A stretch of 64,000 bases of DNA from Myxococcota bacterium (GTDB lineage: Bacteria; Myxococcota_A; UBA9160; SZUA-336): NCBI GenBank assembly GCA_965247115.1, contig CBDFGR010000002.1:1600001-1664000 (forward strand), written 5' to 3'. Numbering within the stretch: position 1 is the stretch's first letter; every line of letters begins with the position of its first letter. The notes beneath the pieces are model-generated. The model saw only the letters and a list, made by a program, of their open reading frames with translations, ran no database searches and was not told the origin of the DNA. This document shows positions 8,943-17,868 of the stretch, in pieces. The position numbers and the translations under genes are program-made.

Positions 8943-9887
8943 TTAGCGGGCCAGCTCGGCCATCAGTGAGAAGAGCTCGACCGTGTTGGGGCGCGCGGTG
9001 TCGTCGCCGAACTCCCTGTAGAGCGTGTGCACGTTCACCGCGATGCGCTCCCCATCCGTCCAGGCGCTGTAGTCGTCGAGCGCGATGTCGCGGGCAGCAT
9101 CCGCCGCCGACAGCCCGGCCTCGTAACGGGCCCGCGCCTCGTCGCGGATGTAGACCAGGTACTCGCGCATCGCGAGCACGCCGTCTCGATCCGTGATCGG
9201 ACCATGCCCCGGCACGATCGCCTCGGCGTCCATCTCCACGATCATGTCGCAGGCCCGGATCCAGTTCCCGACGGGGCCCTCCCAGATGACGGGTGTTCCG
9301 TTGATGAAGAGGATGTCCCCGGTATAGACGACGCGGTCCGAAGGAACGTGCACCAGCACGTCTCCCCGCGTGTGCGCTGGACCGACGTCGATCAGCCGAA
9401 CCTCCTTGGACCCCACGCGCCGCGTGACACTGCCCTCGAAGGTCTCGGTGGGAGGTGCGAAGGCGTTCTCGCTCCAGTCGAAGGGCGCAAAGATCCGCGC
9501 GAGAAACTCTCCCGCGGCACCCATCTCGCTGGCCCGGCCGACGAGCTGTCCCATGCGATCGGGTGCCAGCTCAGCCATCTCCTCGGCACTCGCCCGCGAC
9601 GCGATGATCGTCCCCGCCTCCGCAAGCCGGTTCCCGTAGCAATGGTCCCCGTTCGCGTGCGTGTTCACGAGGGCATCGATCCGCTGCGCCGCCGGACTCG
9701 CCTTGCGCATGCTCTTGAGCATCTCCCGGGTCAGCTTCGCATCAAACAGCGTATCGACGAGCAGCGACTCCCCCCCGTCGGTAATCAGCCCCGCATTGCT
9801 CCACCCCCACGACCCGTCAGGCTGCAGGTAGGCAAAGTCCCCGTTTCCGATCTCTTGCAATCCCTTCGAAAACGCCCAGTCACTCAT
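8943..9887 (-). CDS. MBL-fold metallo-hydrolase (cyclase-like)
   Basis: NTHANGDH motif, AHTRGD, TGDILF, VPGHG. Confidence 0.88.
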   Translation of the reverse strand: MSDWAFSKGLQEIGNGDFAYLQPDGSWGWSNAGLITDGGESLLVDTLFDAKLTREMLKSMRKASPAAQRIDALVNTHANGDHCYGNRLAEAGTIIASRASAEEMAELAPDRMGQLVGRASEMGAAGEFLARIFAPFDWSENAFAPPTETFEGSVTRRVGSKEVRLIDVGPAHTRGDVLVHVPSDRVVYTGDILFINGTPVIWEGPVGNWIRACDMIVEMDAEAIVPGHGPITDRDGVLAMREYLVYIRDEARARYEAGLSAADAARDIALDDYSAWTDGERIAVNVHTLYREFGDDTARPNTVELFSLMAELAR

Positions 9888-9940
9888 GAGGAGACCCTAC
9901 CATGGCCCTCCGACTCCGAGCACACTAGAAACAAACCCCC

Positions 9941-10029
9941 GCATCCGAACTTGGGGACGGTCCTTAATCCGAACTTAAGCCTCGGTGACTAGGAAGTTCG
10001 GATTAAGGACCGTCCCTAAGTTCGGGTGC
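9941..10029. repeat. REP-like inverted repeat pair (family B, GGGGACGGTCCT core)
   Basis: 36-bp arms 9941-9976 and 9994-10029 with 2 mismatches; core recurs near 14749, 36600, 36652 and 56074. Confidence 0.9.
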
Positions 10030-10080
10030 CGTTTGGCACTGAGGCGTGGGATGGTCCCGTCGCCCCGACGGGGTAAGTTC

Positions 10081-10611
10081 CTAGTCGACGAAGGGCCACA
10101 GCAGGCGCTGGCTTCCTGCGTCCATCGACTCCGGGTCGCGGATGTAGAAGAGGTCTCCTGCTACGTCGCGGATGATCAGGCCTCCGCCCGGGACCTCGCG
10201 GGGCCACTCGTCTCGTGGTGTCTGGAAGGAGCGCGGGCCGTGGAACGTGTGGACCTTCCAGTTGCGGATCTCGATCTCCTCGTCGATCGAGAGCAGCTCC
10301 TCGATCTCGAGCACGAAGCCGGCCTCGGCCAAAGCGAGCTCCAGCGCCTGCCGGGACTCCGCGTCGAGCTCTCCCATCTCAGTGATCAGTGCGACCTCCT
10401 CCTCGTCGTCCCTGAGCGAGACGTAGCGGGTCGGTTCGGACCACGGGAAGCAGCGGCAGACAACGACCGGCCGGGGCTCCCCGCGACCGTGCGCCCAGAG
10501 TCTCCCGTCGTCGCGCCGCTCGAGGCGCAGTGCGGGCGCGGCGCCTCGCGTGCGCCGCATCCGATCTATGGGGGGAGTTTTCCTCTTTGCCTTCTCTTCC
10601 GCTCTCAGCAT
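10081..10611 (-). CDS. DUF1854-like protein
   Basis: RCFPWSEPTRYVSL, WKVHTFHGPRSF, LIIRDVAGDLFYIRD; ATG 10611 preceded by GGAGGA; follows the ABC transporter. Confidence 0.75.
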   Translation of the reverse strand: MLRAEEKAKRKTPPIDRMRRTRGAAPALRLERRDDGRLWAHGRGEPRPVVVCRCFPWSEPTRYVSLRDDEEEVALITEMGELDAESRQALELALAEAGFVLEIEELLSIDEEIEIRNWKVHTFHGPRSFQTPRDEWPREVPGGGLIIRDVAGDLFYIRDPESMDAGSQRLLWPFVD

Positions 10612-10630
10612 TCTGTGTTCCTCCGTGCGC

Positions 10631-12916
10631 TCAGACGTCTTCATGAAGCTCGATCTGCATCCGGTGCAGTCGTGTGTAGATTCCCTTGTCGTTTGCCAGC
10701 AGCTCAGCGTGCGTCCCGCACTCGACAATCTTGCCCTCGTCGATCACGATCAGCCTGTCTGCGCGCTTGAGCGTCGAAAGGCGGTGCGCGATCGCGAATG
10801 TCGTGCGCCCAGCGACGAGCCTCGACAGCGCGTCCTGGATCTTCCACTCCGTCTCCGTGTCGACGCTGCTCGTGGCCTCGTCCAGGATCAAGATGCGCGG
10901 GTTGTGCAGGATGGCCCGCGCGATCGAGATCCGTTGGCGCTCCCCACCAGACAGCGTCTGGCCGCGTTCACCGACCAGCGTGTCGTAGCCGTGGGCCAGC
11001 TTGCAGATGAAGTCGTGGGCGTTCGCGGCCCGAGCGGCCTCTACGACTTGATCCACCGTCGCCGTGGGCTCTGCGTAGCGAATGTTCTCGAGGATGGTTC
11101 CGAAGAACAGGTAGGGGTCCTGCAGAACCATTCCCATCTGCTCGCGGTAGCTCCCGCTGTCCAGGTCGCGGATGTCCACCCCGTCGATCCGCACGGTCCC
11201 GCTCGTAGCGTCGTAGAAGCGAGCGATCAGGTTCACGACGGTCGTCTTGCCACCCCCCGAAGGCCCTACGAGACCGATCATCTCTCCGAGCTTGGCCTCG
11301 AAGCTGATGCCCTTCAGCACCTGCCGCACTCCGTCGTACGCGAAGGTGACGTTCTCGAAGCTCACGTCCCCTTGCAGCGGGCGGAGCACCAGCGGGTTCT
11401 CCGCGTCGCGGACCTCCGGTCGAGTGTCCAGCACCTCGAACACGCGGTGGGCGGAGCTCGTCGCGCGGTTCATGATCCTGGCCATCTGCCCGAAAATCTC
11501 GATGGGCGCGCCGAACATGGTCATGTAGAGCAGGAAGGACACGAAGGTCCCTGCGCTCAGCGATGGGCCGCTCGTCTCGGCTCCGACCAGGCGGGGAACC
11601 GCGAAGACCCAGACCGTCACCACCATGGCGTGTACGGCGAGCGTCAGCACGGGCCAGAACGAGGTCCAGACACCGTGGATCCGATTGAACTCCTTCACCA
11701 CCTCGTAGTTGCGGTGACCGAAGCGCCGCTTCTCGCGCTCCTCCTGGTTGAAGGCCTTGACCACGCGCATGCCAGGGATGGTGTCCGAGAGGACGTCGGT
11801 CACGCTCGACCACTTTCTCCAGGCACGCAGGAACATCTCGTTCATGCGCTGGCCGTGACGGAAGATGCCCCAGCACAGCAGCGGCACGGGCAGGGTCATG
11901 ATCAGGCCGAGCTTCCAGTCCAGGTAGATCAGCACGCTCGAGAGCCCGACCAAGGTGACGCCGGCGAGCGAGACGTCCACCACGCCGAGGGCGAGGAACT
12001 CCCAGAGCCGGTCCGTGTCGTTGGTGACCCGGGTGATCAGGCTTCCCGTCTTCTTGCGCGAGAAGAAGCTGAGCGAGAGCGACTGCAGGTGCTCGTAGAG
12101 GTCCGTGCGTAGATCGCGGGCCACGAACTCGCCGAGCACCGCCATCAGGCGCAGGCGCACCCAGTTGCAGAGCTGGCGCAGCAGGTACACGAAGGCCAGC
12201 CCGGCCACCGCGATCCAGGCGATCATCGCCGCTCGCTCCACGCCGAGCGCGCCCGACTGGGCGGGGGCGATCACCGAGTCGATCAGGTAGCCGCTGATGT
12301 AAGGCGGTATGAGCACGCAGACCGTGAGCAGGGTGGTCGCCGTCATCCCCAGGGCGAAGTCCCGCCGGTACGGGTAGAGGTAGGCCAGCAGCCGCCACAG
12401 AACCGCGCTGCGCCTGTGCGCGACGAGCGCCTGTGCGTCGCGGATGGGCCGGGCCAGACTCTCGACGTACTCCCGGTCGGGATCGGGCGTGGGGATCTCC
12501 ACGCCCTCGAGCTGACGCTCGATCACGAACGAGATGTTCTCGATGGCCTTCCGCTGCCGCTGCGTGTAGCGCAACACCGCTAGCGCGGGCTCGCCCGGTC
12601 TGCCCATGATCGAGAGCACGTTGCAGCTGAGTCCGGGGGTCTCGGTCAGGTCGCGGATCTGACTGCGCGGATAGCTCTGGATCTCGGGCTCCCCGCCGGC
12701 AACGGGCTGCCGGGCGATGGCCAGGTGCTCCTTCCCCAATGCGAGCCAGATCCGCGCGAGTCGCATCGACGGGTCCAGGTCGGCCATGGCGTACAGCTGC
12801 ACGGGCGCGCCGTCCCAGCGCCTCTCGATCGCGCGCCGCAACTCTAGGGGCAGCAGCGTCGGCTGGTCGGTGTACCGAGCGACGATTTCCAGGTCGGAGT
12901 CTTTTGTCTCGATCAT
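10631..12916 (-). CDS. ABC transporter, fused permease/ATP-binding protein with N-terminal extra domain
   Basis: TM domain; Walker A GPSGGGKT, LSGGERQR, LILDEATS, IAHRLST. Confidence 0.93.
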   Translation of the reverse strand: MIETKDSDLEIVARYTDQPTLLPLELRRAIERRWDGAPVQLYAMADLDPSMRLARIWLALGKEHLAIARQPVAGGEPEIQSYPRSQIRDLTETPGLSCNVLSIMGRPGEPALAVLRYTQRQRKAIENISFVIERQLEGVEIPTPDPDREYVESLARPIRDAQALVAHRRSAVLWRLLAYLYPYRRDFALGMTATTLLTVCVLIPPYISGYLIDSVIAPAQSGALGVERAAMIAWIAVAGLAFVYLLRQLCNWVRLRLMAVLGEFVARDLRTDLYEHLQSLSLSFFSRKKTGSLITRVTNDTDRLWEFLALGVVDVSLAGVTLVGLSSVLIYLDWKLGLIMTLPVPLLCWGIFRHGQRMNEMFLRAWRKWSSVTDVLSDTIPGMRVVKAFNQEEREKRRFGHRNYEVVKEFNRIHGVWTSFWPVLTLAVHAMVVTVWVFAVPRLVGAETSGPSLSAGTFVSFLLYMTMFGAPIEIFGQMARIMNRATSSAHRVFEVLDTRPEVRDAENPLVLRPLQGDVSFENVTFAYDGVRQVLKGISFEAKLGEMIGLVGPSGGGKTTVVNLIARFYDATSGTVRIDGVDIRDLDSGSYREQMGMVLQDPYLFFGTILENIRYAEPTATVDQVVEAARAANAHDFICKLAHGYDTLVGERGQTLSGGERQRISIARAILHNPRILILDEATSSVDTETEWKIQDALSRLVAGRTTFAIAHRLSTLKRADRLIVIDEGKIVECGTHAELLANDKGIYTRLHRMQIELHEDV

Positions 12917-12967
12917 CTGTGGAGTCTCTCCACGCTCTCGGCAGCGCTGGCCCAATTGAGTTCGCGC

Positions 12968-13008
12968 AAAAGAAAAGGCCTCTCGGAGTCATGCACACCC
13001 GAAAGGCC
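12968..13008 (-). terminator. Intrinsic-terminator-like hairpin in the 5' leader of the ABC transporter
   Basis: Minus strand GGCCTTTCGG-loop-CCGAGAGGCC followed by TTTTCTTTT, about 50 nt upstream of ATG 12916. Confidence 0.55.
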
Positions 13009-13339
13009 GGTTCTCCACGGTTCTGGAACTCGGGTCCTCTAGGGTGCCCCCTTCTGTTCGTCAGCGGCGCCGCGCGGCCCCGACGAGCTCGAGCGGTTTT
13101 TCGCCTTCCCGATCCGCCAGGGGACGGACGGCCACGGCCCCTCCAGCAGCATCTCGAAGAGAGAGTCGCTCCGGGGCACAGCTGTGCCGAAGAGAGCGTG
13201 CATGCGGGTCACCGGAAGGTCTGGAATCTCATGATCTGTCCCGAGTGAGCCGGGCAATGTACAGGTTCGCTTCTGGCCGTCAACCAGCTGACGCGGGGCG
13301 GCTGGTGTTCCCCGGTGTCAGGCCTAGAATCGGGCTTCC

Positions 13340-14548
13340 GTGAGGGGGTCGATCACGCTAGAGGGGATCCGCGCGGCGGCGCTGGCCATCCAGGGGACCG
13401 TCGCCCGCACCCCTGCCGCATGCTCCGTCACCCTGTCGGAGCTCACGGGCGCCGAGCTGATCCTCAAATTCGAGAACTTGCAGTTCACCGGCTCCTTCAA
13501 AGAGCGCGGAGCTCTCGTCAAGCTGCTCGCTCTGCCTCCCGAGGTTCGCGAGGCTGGCGTGCTCGCCATATCGCGCGGCAACCACGCGCTTGCGGTCGCC
13601 TATCACGGACAGCGGCTCGGCGTGCCAGTCACGATCGTGATGCCGCGACACACCCCCAACGTGAAGGTCGAGCACACCCGCCGGTTCGGGGCCGAGGTGG
13701 TCCTGCACGGCGAGGGACTCGCGGAAGTGAGCGAGTTTGCGCTTGCGCTGGTGCGCGAGCGCAAGCTGACCCTGATTCACCCCTACGACGATCCCGACGT
13801 GATCCGTGGACAGGGAACCATCGCGCTGGAGCTGCTCGAGGCTTTTCCTGAGCTCGATGTGCTGGTCGTCCCGGTTGGTGGCGGCGGGCTCATCGCGGGG
13901 AACGCCGTCGCGGCGAAGGGGATTCGTCCGGAGATCGAGATCCTGGGCGTGCAGGCAGCGCGTTTCCCCGCCATGAAGCAGCGCCTTGCGGGCGAGCCGG
14001 TCGAGTGTGGGAACGCCACCCTCGCAGACGGCATCGCTGTGCACCAGCCCGGTGAGCTGACCCTGCCGCTGGTGCGTACCCTCGTGAGCGAGATCCTGCT
14101 CGTCGAGGAAGATGCGTTGGAGGAGGCGGTATTGCTCCTGCTCGAGATCGAGAAGACGGTCGTCGAGGGAGCGGGGGCCGCAGGGCTGGCTGCTGTGCTG
14201 CGCAATCCGCAGCGCTTCCGTGGCAAGCGGGTCGGCCTGATCCTGAGCGGGGGGAACATCGATCTGCTGCCGCTGTCTTCGGTAATCCAGCGCGGGCTGG
14301 TCCGGACCGGGCGCCTGGTCCGCATCCGTGTGGAAGTGCCGGACGTTCCGGGGGGGCTCGCCGATATGACCCGCGTAATCGGGGACGCAGGGGGCGGCAT
14401 CGTGGACGTGGTACACCAGCGGGCGTTCACGCAACTCTCGCTCGAGTCCGCCGAGGTGGATCTGGCGATCCAGGCTCGGGGGTTGGAGCATGTGAGGGAG
14501 ATTCTCGAGGCTCTGCGGTCGGAGGGATACGCGGCGGTTTCGGTTTGA
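13340..14548 (+). CDS. ilvA: Threonine ammonia-lyase (PLP) with C-terminal ACT domain
   Basis: KFENLQFTGSFKERGA, SRGNHA, VPVGGGGL, LSGGNID, ACT-like VPDVPGGL. Confidence 0.9.
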   Translation: MRGSITLEGIRAAALAIQGTVARTPAACSVTLSELTGAELILKFENLQFTGSFKERGALVKLLALPPEVREAGVLAISRGNHALAVAYHGQRLGVPVTIVMPRHTPNVKVEHTRRFGAEVVLHGEGLAEVSEFALALVRERKLTLIHPYDDPDVIRGQGTIALELLEAFPELDVLVVPVGGGGLIAGNAVAAKGIRPEIEILGVQAARFPAMKQRLAGEPVECGNATLADGIAVHQPGELTLPLVRTLVSEILLVEEDALEEAVLLLLEIEKTVVEGAGAAGLAAVLRNPQRFRGKRVGLILSGGNIDLLPLSSVIQRGLVRTGRLVRIRVEVPDVPGGLADMTRVIGDAGGGIVDVVHQRAFTQLSLESAEVDLAIQARGLEHVREILEALRSEGYAAVSV

Positions 14549-14594
14549 GCCTGGTCTGAGTGTATGCCTGGTTTGAGTCTATGTAGGGGAGGTC

Positions 14595-14712
14595 GGTCGG
14601 AGGTCGGGAGCGTCCCCGCCGGATCTCGCTACTCAGCTGAGCCTGCGTCGAGCACGCCTCGGGCACCGCTACACGATCCGGCGGGGACGCTCCCGACCTC
14701 CGACCTCCTTGC
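14595..14712. repeat. Long hairpin element (family C, copy 1)
   Basis: Perfect 31-bp IR (14595-14625 / 14675-14705), 49-nt loop, trailing TCCTTGC. Confidence 0.9.
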
Positions 14713-14748
14713 CCGAACGTTTCCGAGCCGTCGTCGGGGGGGTATAGG

Positions 14749-14774
14749 TTGGGGACGGTCCTCAATCCGAACTT
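14749..14774. repeat. Single family-B REP-like copy
   Basis: TTGGGGACGGTCCTCAATCCGAACTT matches the 9951-9976 arm with 1 mismatch. Confidence 0.85.
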
Positions 14775-16402
14775 TTTGGGTCCTCGGGGGGATCTGACCA
14801 GCCCAGGGCGTGGGTGATGGCATGGTAGATGTAGGTCTGTTCTTGGACGCCTTGAAAGAGGGGGGATCCGGGGCCGCCGGCGTAGATGGGGACGTCCTCT
14901 CCCGAGTGGGTCTCTGCCAGAAGTGGGAATGTGGTCTCCTGCATATAGCGGGGATCGGCGGTATCGACCTCGGATAGGTCGGGACGGCCGTCTGTGATGC
15001 CTTCTACCTGGTTGGGGAGGTGCGGGAACCACTTCGGACCGGCAGGCTGGGCCTGGGTGGCGCCTGTGTAGCCCGGGCCGTTCGCGTAGGAGAGCGTGGT
15101 GTAGGGCTGGCCGAGGGCGTCGCGCTCCAGGCGTGCGGGGTTGCGAGCCAGGCCGAGGATATCGTTGCCCCGGCCGGGGTAGCCCGAGATGCTCATGGTG
15201 TGGCCATGGTCTGCGGTCACCACAATCAGCGTCTCCTTCGGATCGGTCAGCTCGAGTGCTGCGCGCACGGCGTTCGAGAGCTCGATCGTCTCGTCCAGCG
15301 CGCGGTACGCGTTGTTGAAGTGGTGGCCGTGGTCGATGCGGCCTGCCTCGACCATCAGGAAGAAGCCCTTGGGATTCTGGGACAGGGTCCGAAGGGCGTG
15401 CATCGTCATCTCCGTCAGAGATGGCTCGCCTCCGCGGTCCGAGCTCCGATCCGCCTCGAAGCGCATGTGCTCGGACTCGAACAGGCCGAGCAGGTGCGGG
15501 GTCGCCTCCGGCTTCCTGGCCAGGAGCTGCGCGCGGGTCCAGACATAGGAGTCGGGGCCGAAGCGAGCACGCCACTCCTCTGTGAGGTCGCGCCGGTCGG
15601 TTCGGAAGCCGACCCGCAGCGGGTCCTCCGGGTCCCGGATCTCCGCGGGCAGAAAGTGAGAGCGGCCGCCACCGAGCACCACCTCGATCCCGTCTCCCCG
15701 GTCGAACTCGATCAGCTGGCGGGCAATATCCGGGAACCCTGCTGTGCGGGCCGCGGAGGAGAGCCGGCCGTCGCTCTCCCAGTTTCGGTCCGGCACGTGC
15801 GCATAGCAGGCTGCCGGGGTTGCATGGGTGATGTTCGCGGTCGAGACGACACCGGTGGAGAGACCCCGCTCCTCCGCCTCCTCGAGCAGGGTCGGCACGC
15901 GCCCGGTCTCCACGCTGGAGTGGTCACCCCGCAGCACCCGATCGTCGACGCCGAGGACCCCCATCTTTGTCTTCACACCGGAGACCATGGCTGTCATCGT
16001 GCCGGCCGAGTCGGGCACCTGCATGTCTGTGTTGTAGGTCTTCGAGAGGGCTGTATAGGGCAGCCGCTCAAAGGCCAGCAGGTTCTCCTCGCCCGTCTGT
16101 CCGCGCCGCTGCCCCTCGAGAATCCGGGCTGCCGTGACGGTCGGGATGCTCATGCCGTCCCCTACGAACAGAATCACGTTCCTGGCTCGCTCGTTCGCCG
16201 CGGCTCCGACCCGCTGCTGGGCGCGCTGGACCGCCTCGCGGCCCTCTCGGAACCAGGGGTTTCCGAGCCTCGGGTCGGGGGGCTCGCGGGCGCTCGTCGC
16301 GCCCCACGCAATCAGGGCAGCCAGACAGAGCGCGATCGCGCGCCCTCCCGAGGCCCGCTCCATCCGCTTCCGGTCCCGGCGAAGTCGCATTTCGGGAAGC
16401 AT
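14762..16402 (-). CDS. phoA: Alkaline phosphatase (PhoA family), secreted; exact start uncertain
   Basis: NVILFVGDGM, PDSAGT, THATPA, FFLMVEAGRIDHGHH, VTADHGH, THSGEDV. Confidence 0.9.
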   Translation of the reverse strand: MLPEMRLRRDRKRMERASGGRAIALCLAALIAWGATSAREPPDPRLGNPWFREGREAVQRAQQRVGAAANERARNVILFVGDGMSIPTVTAARILEGQRRGQTGEENLLAFERLPYTALSKTYNTDMQVPDSAGTMTAMVSGVKTKMGVLGVDDRVLRGDHSSVETGRVPTLLEEAEERGLSTGVVSTANITHATPAACYAHVPDRNWESDGRLSSAARTAGFPDIARQLIEFDRGDGIEVVLGGGRSHFLPAEIRDPEDPLRVGFRTDRRDLTEEWRARFGPDSYVWTRAQLLARKPEATPHLLGLFESEHMRFEADRSSDRGGEPSLTEMTMHALRTLSQNPKGFFLMVEAGRIDHGHHFNNAYRALDETIELSNAVRAALELTDPKETLIVVTADHGHTMSISGYPGRGNDILGLARNPARLERDALGQPYTTLSYANGPGYTGATQAQPAGPKWFPHLPNQVEGITDGRPDLSEVDTADPRYMQETTFPLLAETHSGEDVPIYAGGPGSPLFQGVQEQTYIYHAITHALGWSDPPEDPKSSD

Positions 16403-16446
16403 ACCCGGCGATCGGGGAGCTGGCGGACTGTGCGCAGGAGGAGCCG

Positions 16447-16938
16447 CTATTCCAGACAGTACCTGGCGACCAGAGCGCAGCGCGAGTCGGCGTTCAGGCC
16501 CTGGTGGCTGCGCCCCCTGGCCTCGAAACCGCGCACCACGTCGTCGCCCACCTCGAACTTGAGCAGGCAGTAGCCCGGAGCGATTTTCGTGGTCGTCGGA
16601 TTCACCCGGAATTCTCGCTCGCGATTCCGGTGCGTATCGCGTAGGGTCGGGTCGTTCGTCTCGCCGCGGGGGCGACCCAGGACCGGTGATCCAGTTCGAG
16701 CCCCGGCAACATCGACGGATTCCATCTCGCCCATCGGCGGCTCGAGCCGACGCACGTACACCCAGAGGCCGTGGAGGTCGCTTTCGTAATCCAAGTCCTC
16801 AGGGGGGCCCATACAGTTGATGATGTCACGACCACTGAGCCCTAGGACGCCGGTTCGGACCCGGTCCGACCGCTGCGTGTAGGTCTCGCCGCAGGCGGAG
16901 AGGATCAAAAAGAAAATGAGAATCACCGGTGCCCGCAA
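16447..16938 (-). CDS. Hypothetical lipoprotein
   Basis: Hydrophobic signal ending in lipobox LSAC; IINCMGPP. Confidence 0.65.
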   Translation of the reverse strand: MRAPVILIFFLILSACGETYTQRSDRVRTGVLGLSGRDIINCMGPPEDLDYESDLHGLWVYVRRLEPPMGEMESVDVAGARTGSPVLGRPRGETNDPTLRDTHRNREREFRVNPTTTKIAPGYCLLKFEVGDDVVRGFEARGRSHQGLNADSRCALVARYCLE

Positions 16939-17034
16939 CCCCTGACCCTCCGCGAAGAATGGTAGGATGAGGCCGACCTACGGAGAGCATGCCCGGTCGC
17001 GAACTGCTCTGCCAGAAAAACTGCGACGCCAGAA

Positions 17035-17868
17035 ATGGGAGATAGAACGGAAGTGAGAACCCATAGCTTTCGCCGGAAGGCCCCCCTAGCGCTGGTTGCG
17101 GGTGTCTTGATTCTCGGCGCGCAGACGACGGCCGGATCCGACCAGCTGGACCAGGTCCTGGAGATTGGAGAAGGCACTCAGGTGGCGGCTGCAAAGTCGC
17201 AGGAGCGGATCGATAAGCTGGCCACCGACACGGACAAGCTCCTCGGGGAGTATCGAACCGTGAACGAGCAGATCGACCAGCTCCGAAACTACAACGGTCA
17301 GTTGCGAACGCTGCTCGCGTCGCAGAACGAGGAGATCGCCTCGCTCAGCAGCCAGATCGAGGAAGTCACCGTCGTGGAGCGCCAGATCATGCCGCTGATG
17401 AACCGCATGATCGTCGCTCTCGAGGACTTCGTGGAGCGGGACGTTCCCTTCCTCGTCGAGGAGCGGGCGGACCGGGTCGAGAACCTGCTCGCGCTCATGA
17501 GTCGGGCCGACGTGACGGTCGCCGAGAAGTATCGGCGCCTGGTCGAGGCGTATCAGATCGAGAACGAGTACGGGCGCACGATCGAGTCGTACCGTGGCGA
17601 GCTCCAGATCGGCGACGGCCCGCTGCGGACTGTCGACTTCCTGCGTTTTGGTCGCGTCGTGTTGATCTACACCACTCTCGACGGCAGCGAGGCCGGCGTC
17701 TGGGACGGCGGCACGAACTCGTGGGGGGAGCTTGACGGCAGCTATCGGACAGCGGTCCGCGAGGGACTGCGCATCGCGCAGCAGCAGTCGGCCCCTGATC
17801 TCGTGGTTCTTCCCGTACAGGCCCCGCAAACCGTAGGGTCCGGATCGACCGCGCAGGTGTCGCGATGA
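17035..17868 (+). CDS. DUF3450-like TonB-system periplasmic coiled-coil protein
   Basis: IMPLMNRM, DVPFLVEER, EKYRRLVEAYQIENEYGRTI, VDFLRFGRV; first gene of the TonB cluster. Confidence 0.85.
   Translation: MGDRTEVRTHSFRRKAPLALVAGVLILGAQTTAGSDQLDQVLEIGEGTQVAAAKSQERIDKLATDTDKLLGEYRTVNEQIDQLRNYNGQLRTLLASQNEEIASLSSQIEEVTVVERQIMPLMNRMIVALEDFVERDVPFLVEERADRVENLLALMSRADVTVAEKYRRLVEAYQIENEYGRTIESYRGELQIGDGPLRTVDFLRFGRVVLIYTTLDGSEAGVWDGGTNSWGELDGSYRTAVREGLRIAQQQSAPDLVVLPVQAPQTVGSGSTAQVSR

Noticed and set aside
9941..10029. Integron attC sites for the dispersed inverted repeats
   Set aside because: There is no integron integrase and no cassette array; the flanking genes are housekeeping genes in mixed orientations.
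10550..12998. Long alternative-frame and antisense ORFs (e.g. 10550-12112, 10968-12998; likewise 15020-16573, 42641-44428, 46520-48511, 61972-63714)
   Set aside because: They are Arg/Pro/Gly-rich shadow ORFs expected in high-GC DNA and overlap well-supported genes.
12977..13040. Fluoride or cobalamin riboswitch
   Set aside because: Only the short ATGACTCC match is present; the other conserved elements are missing.
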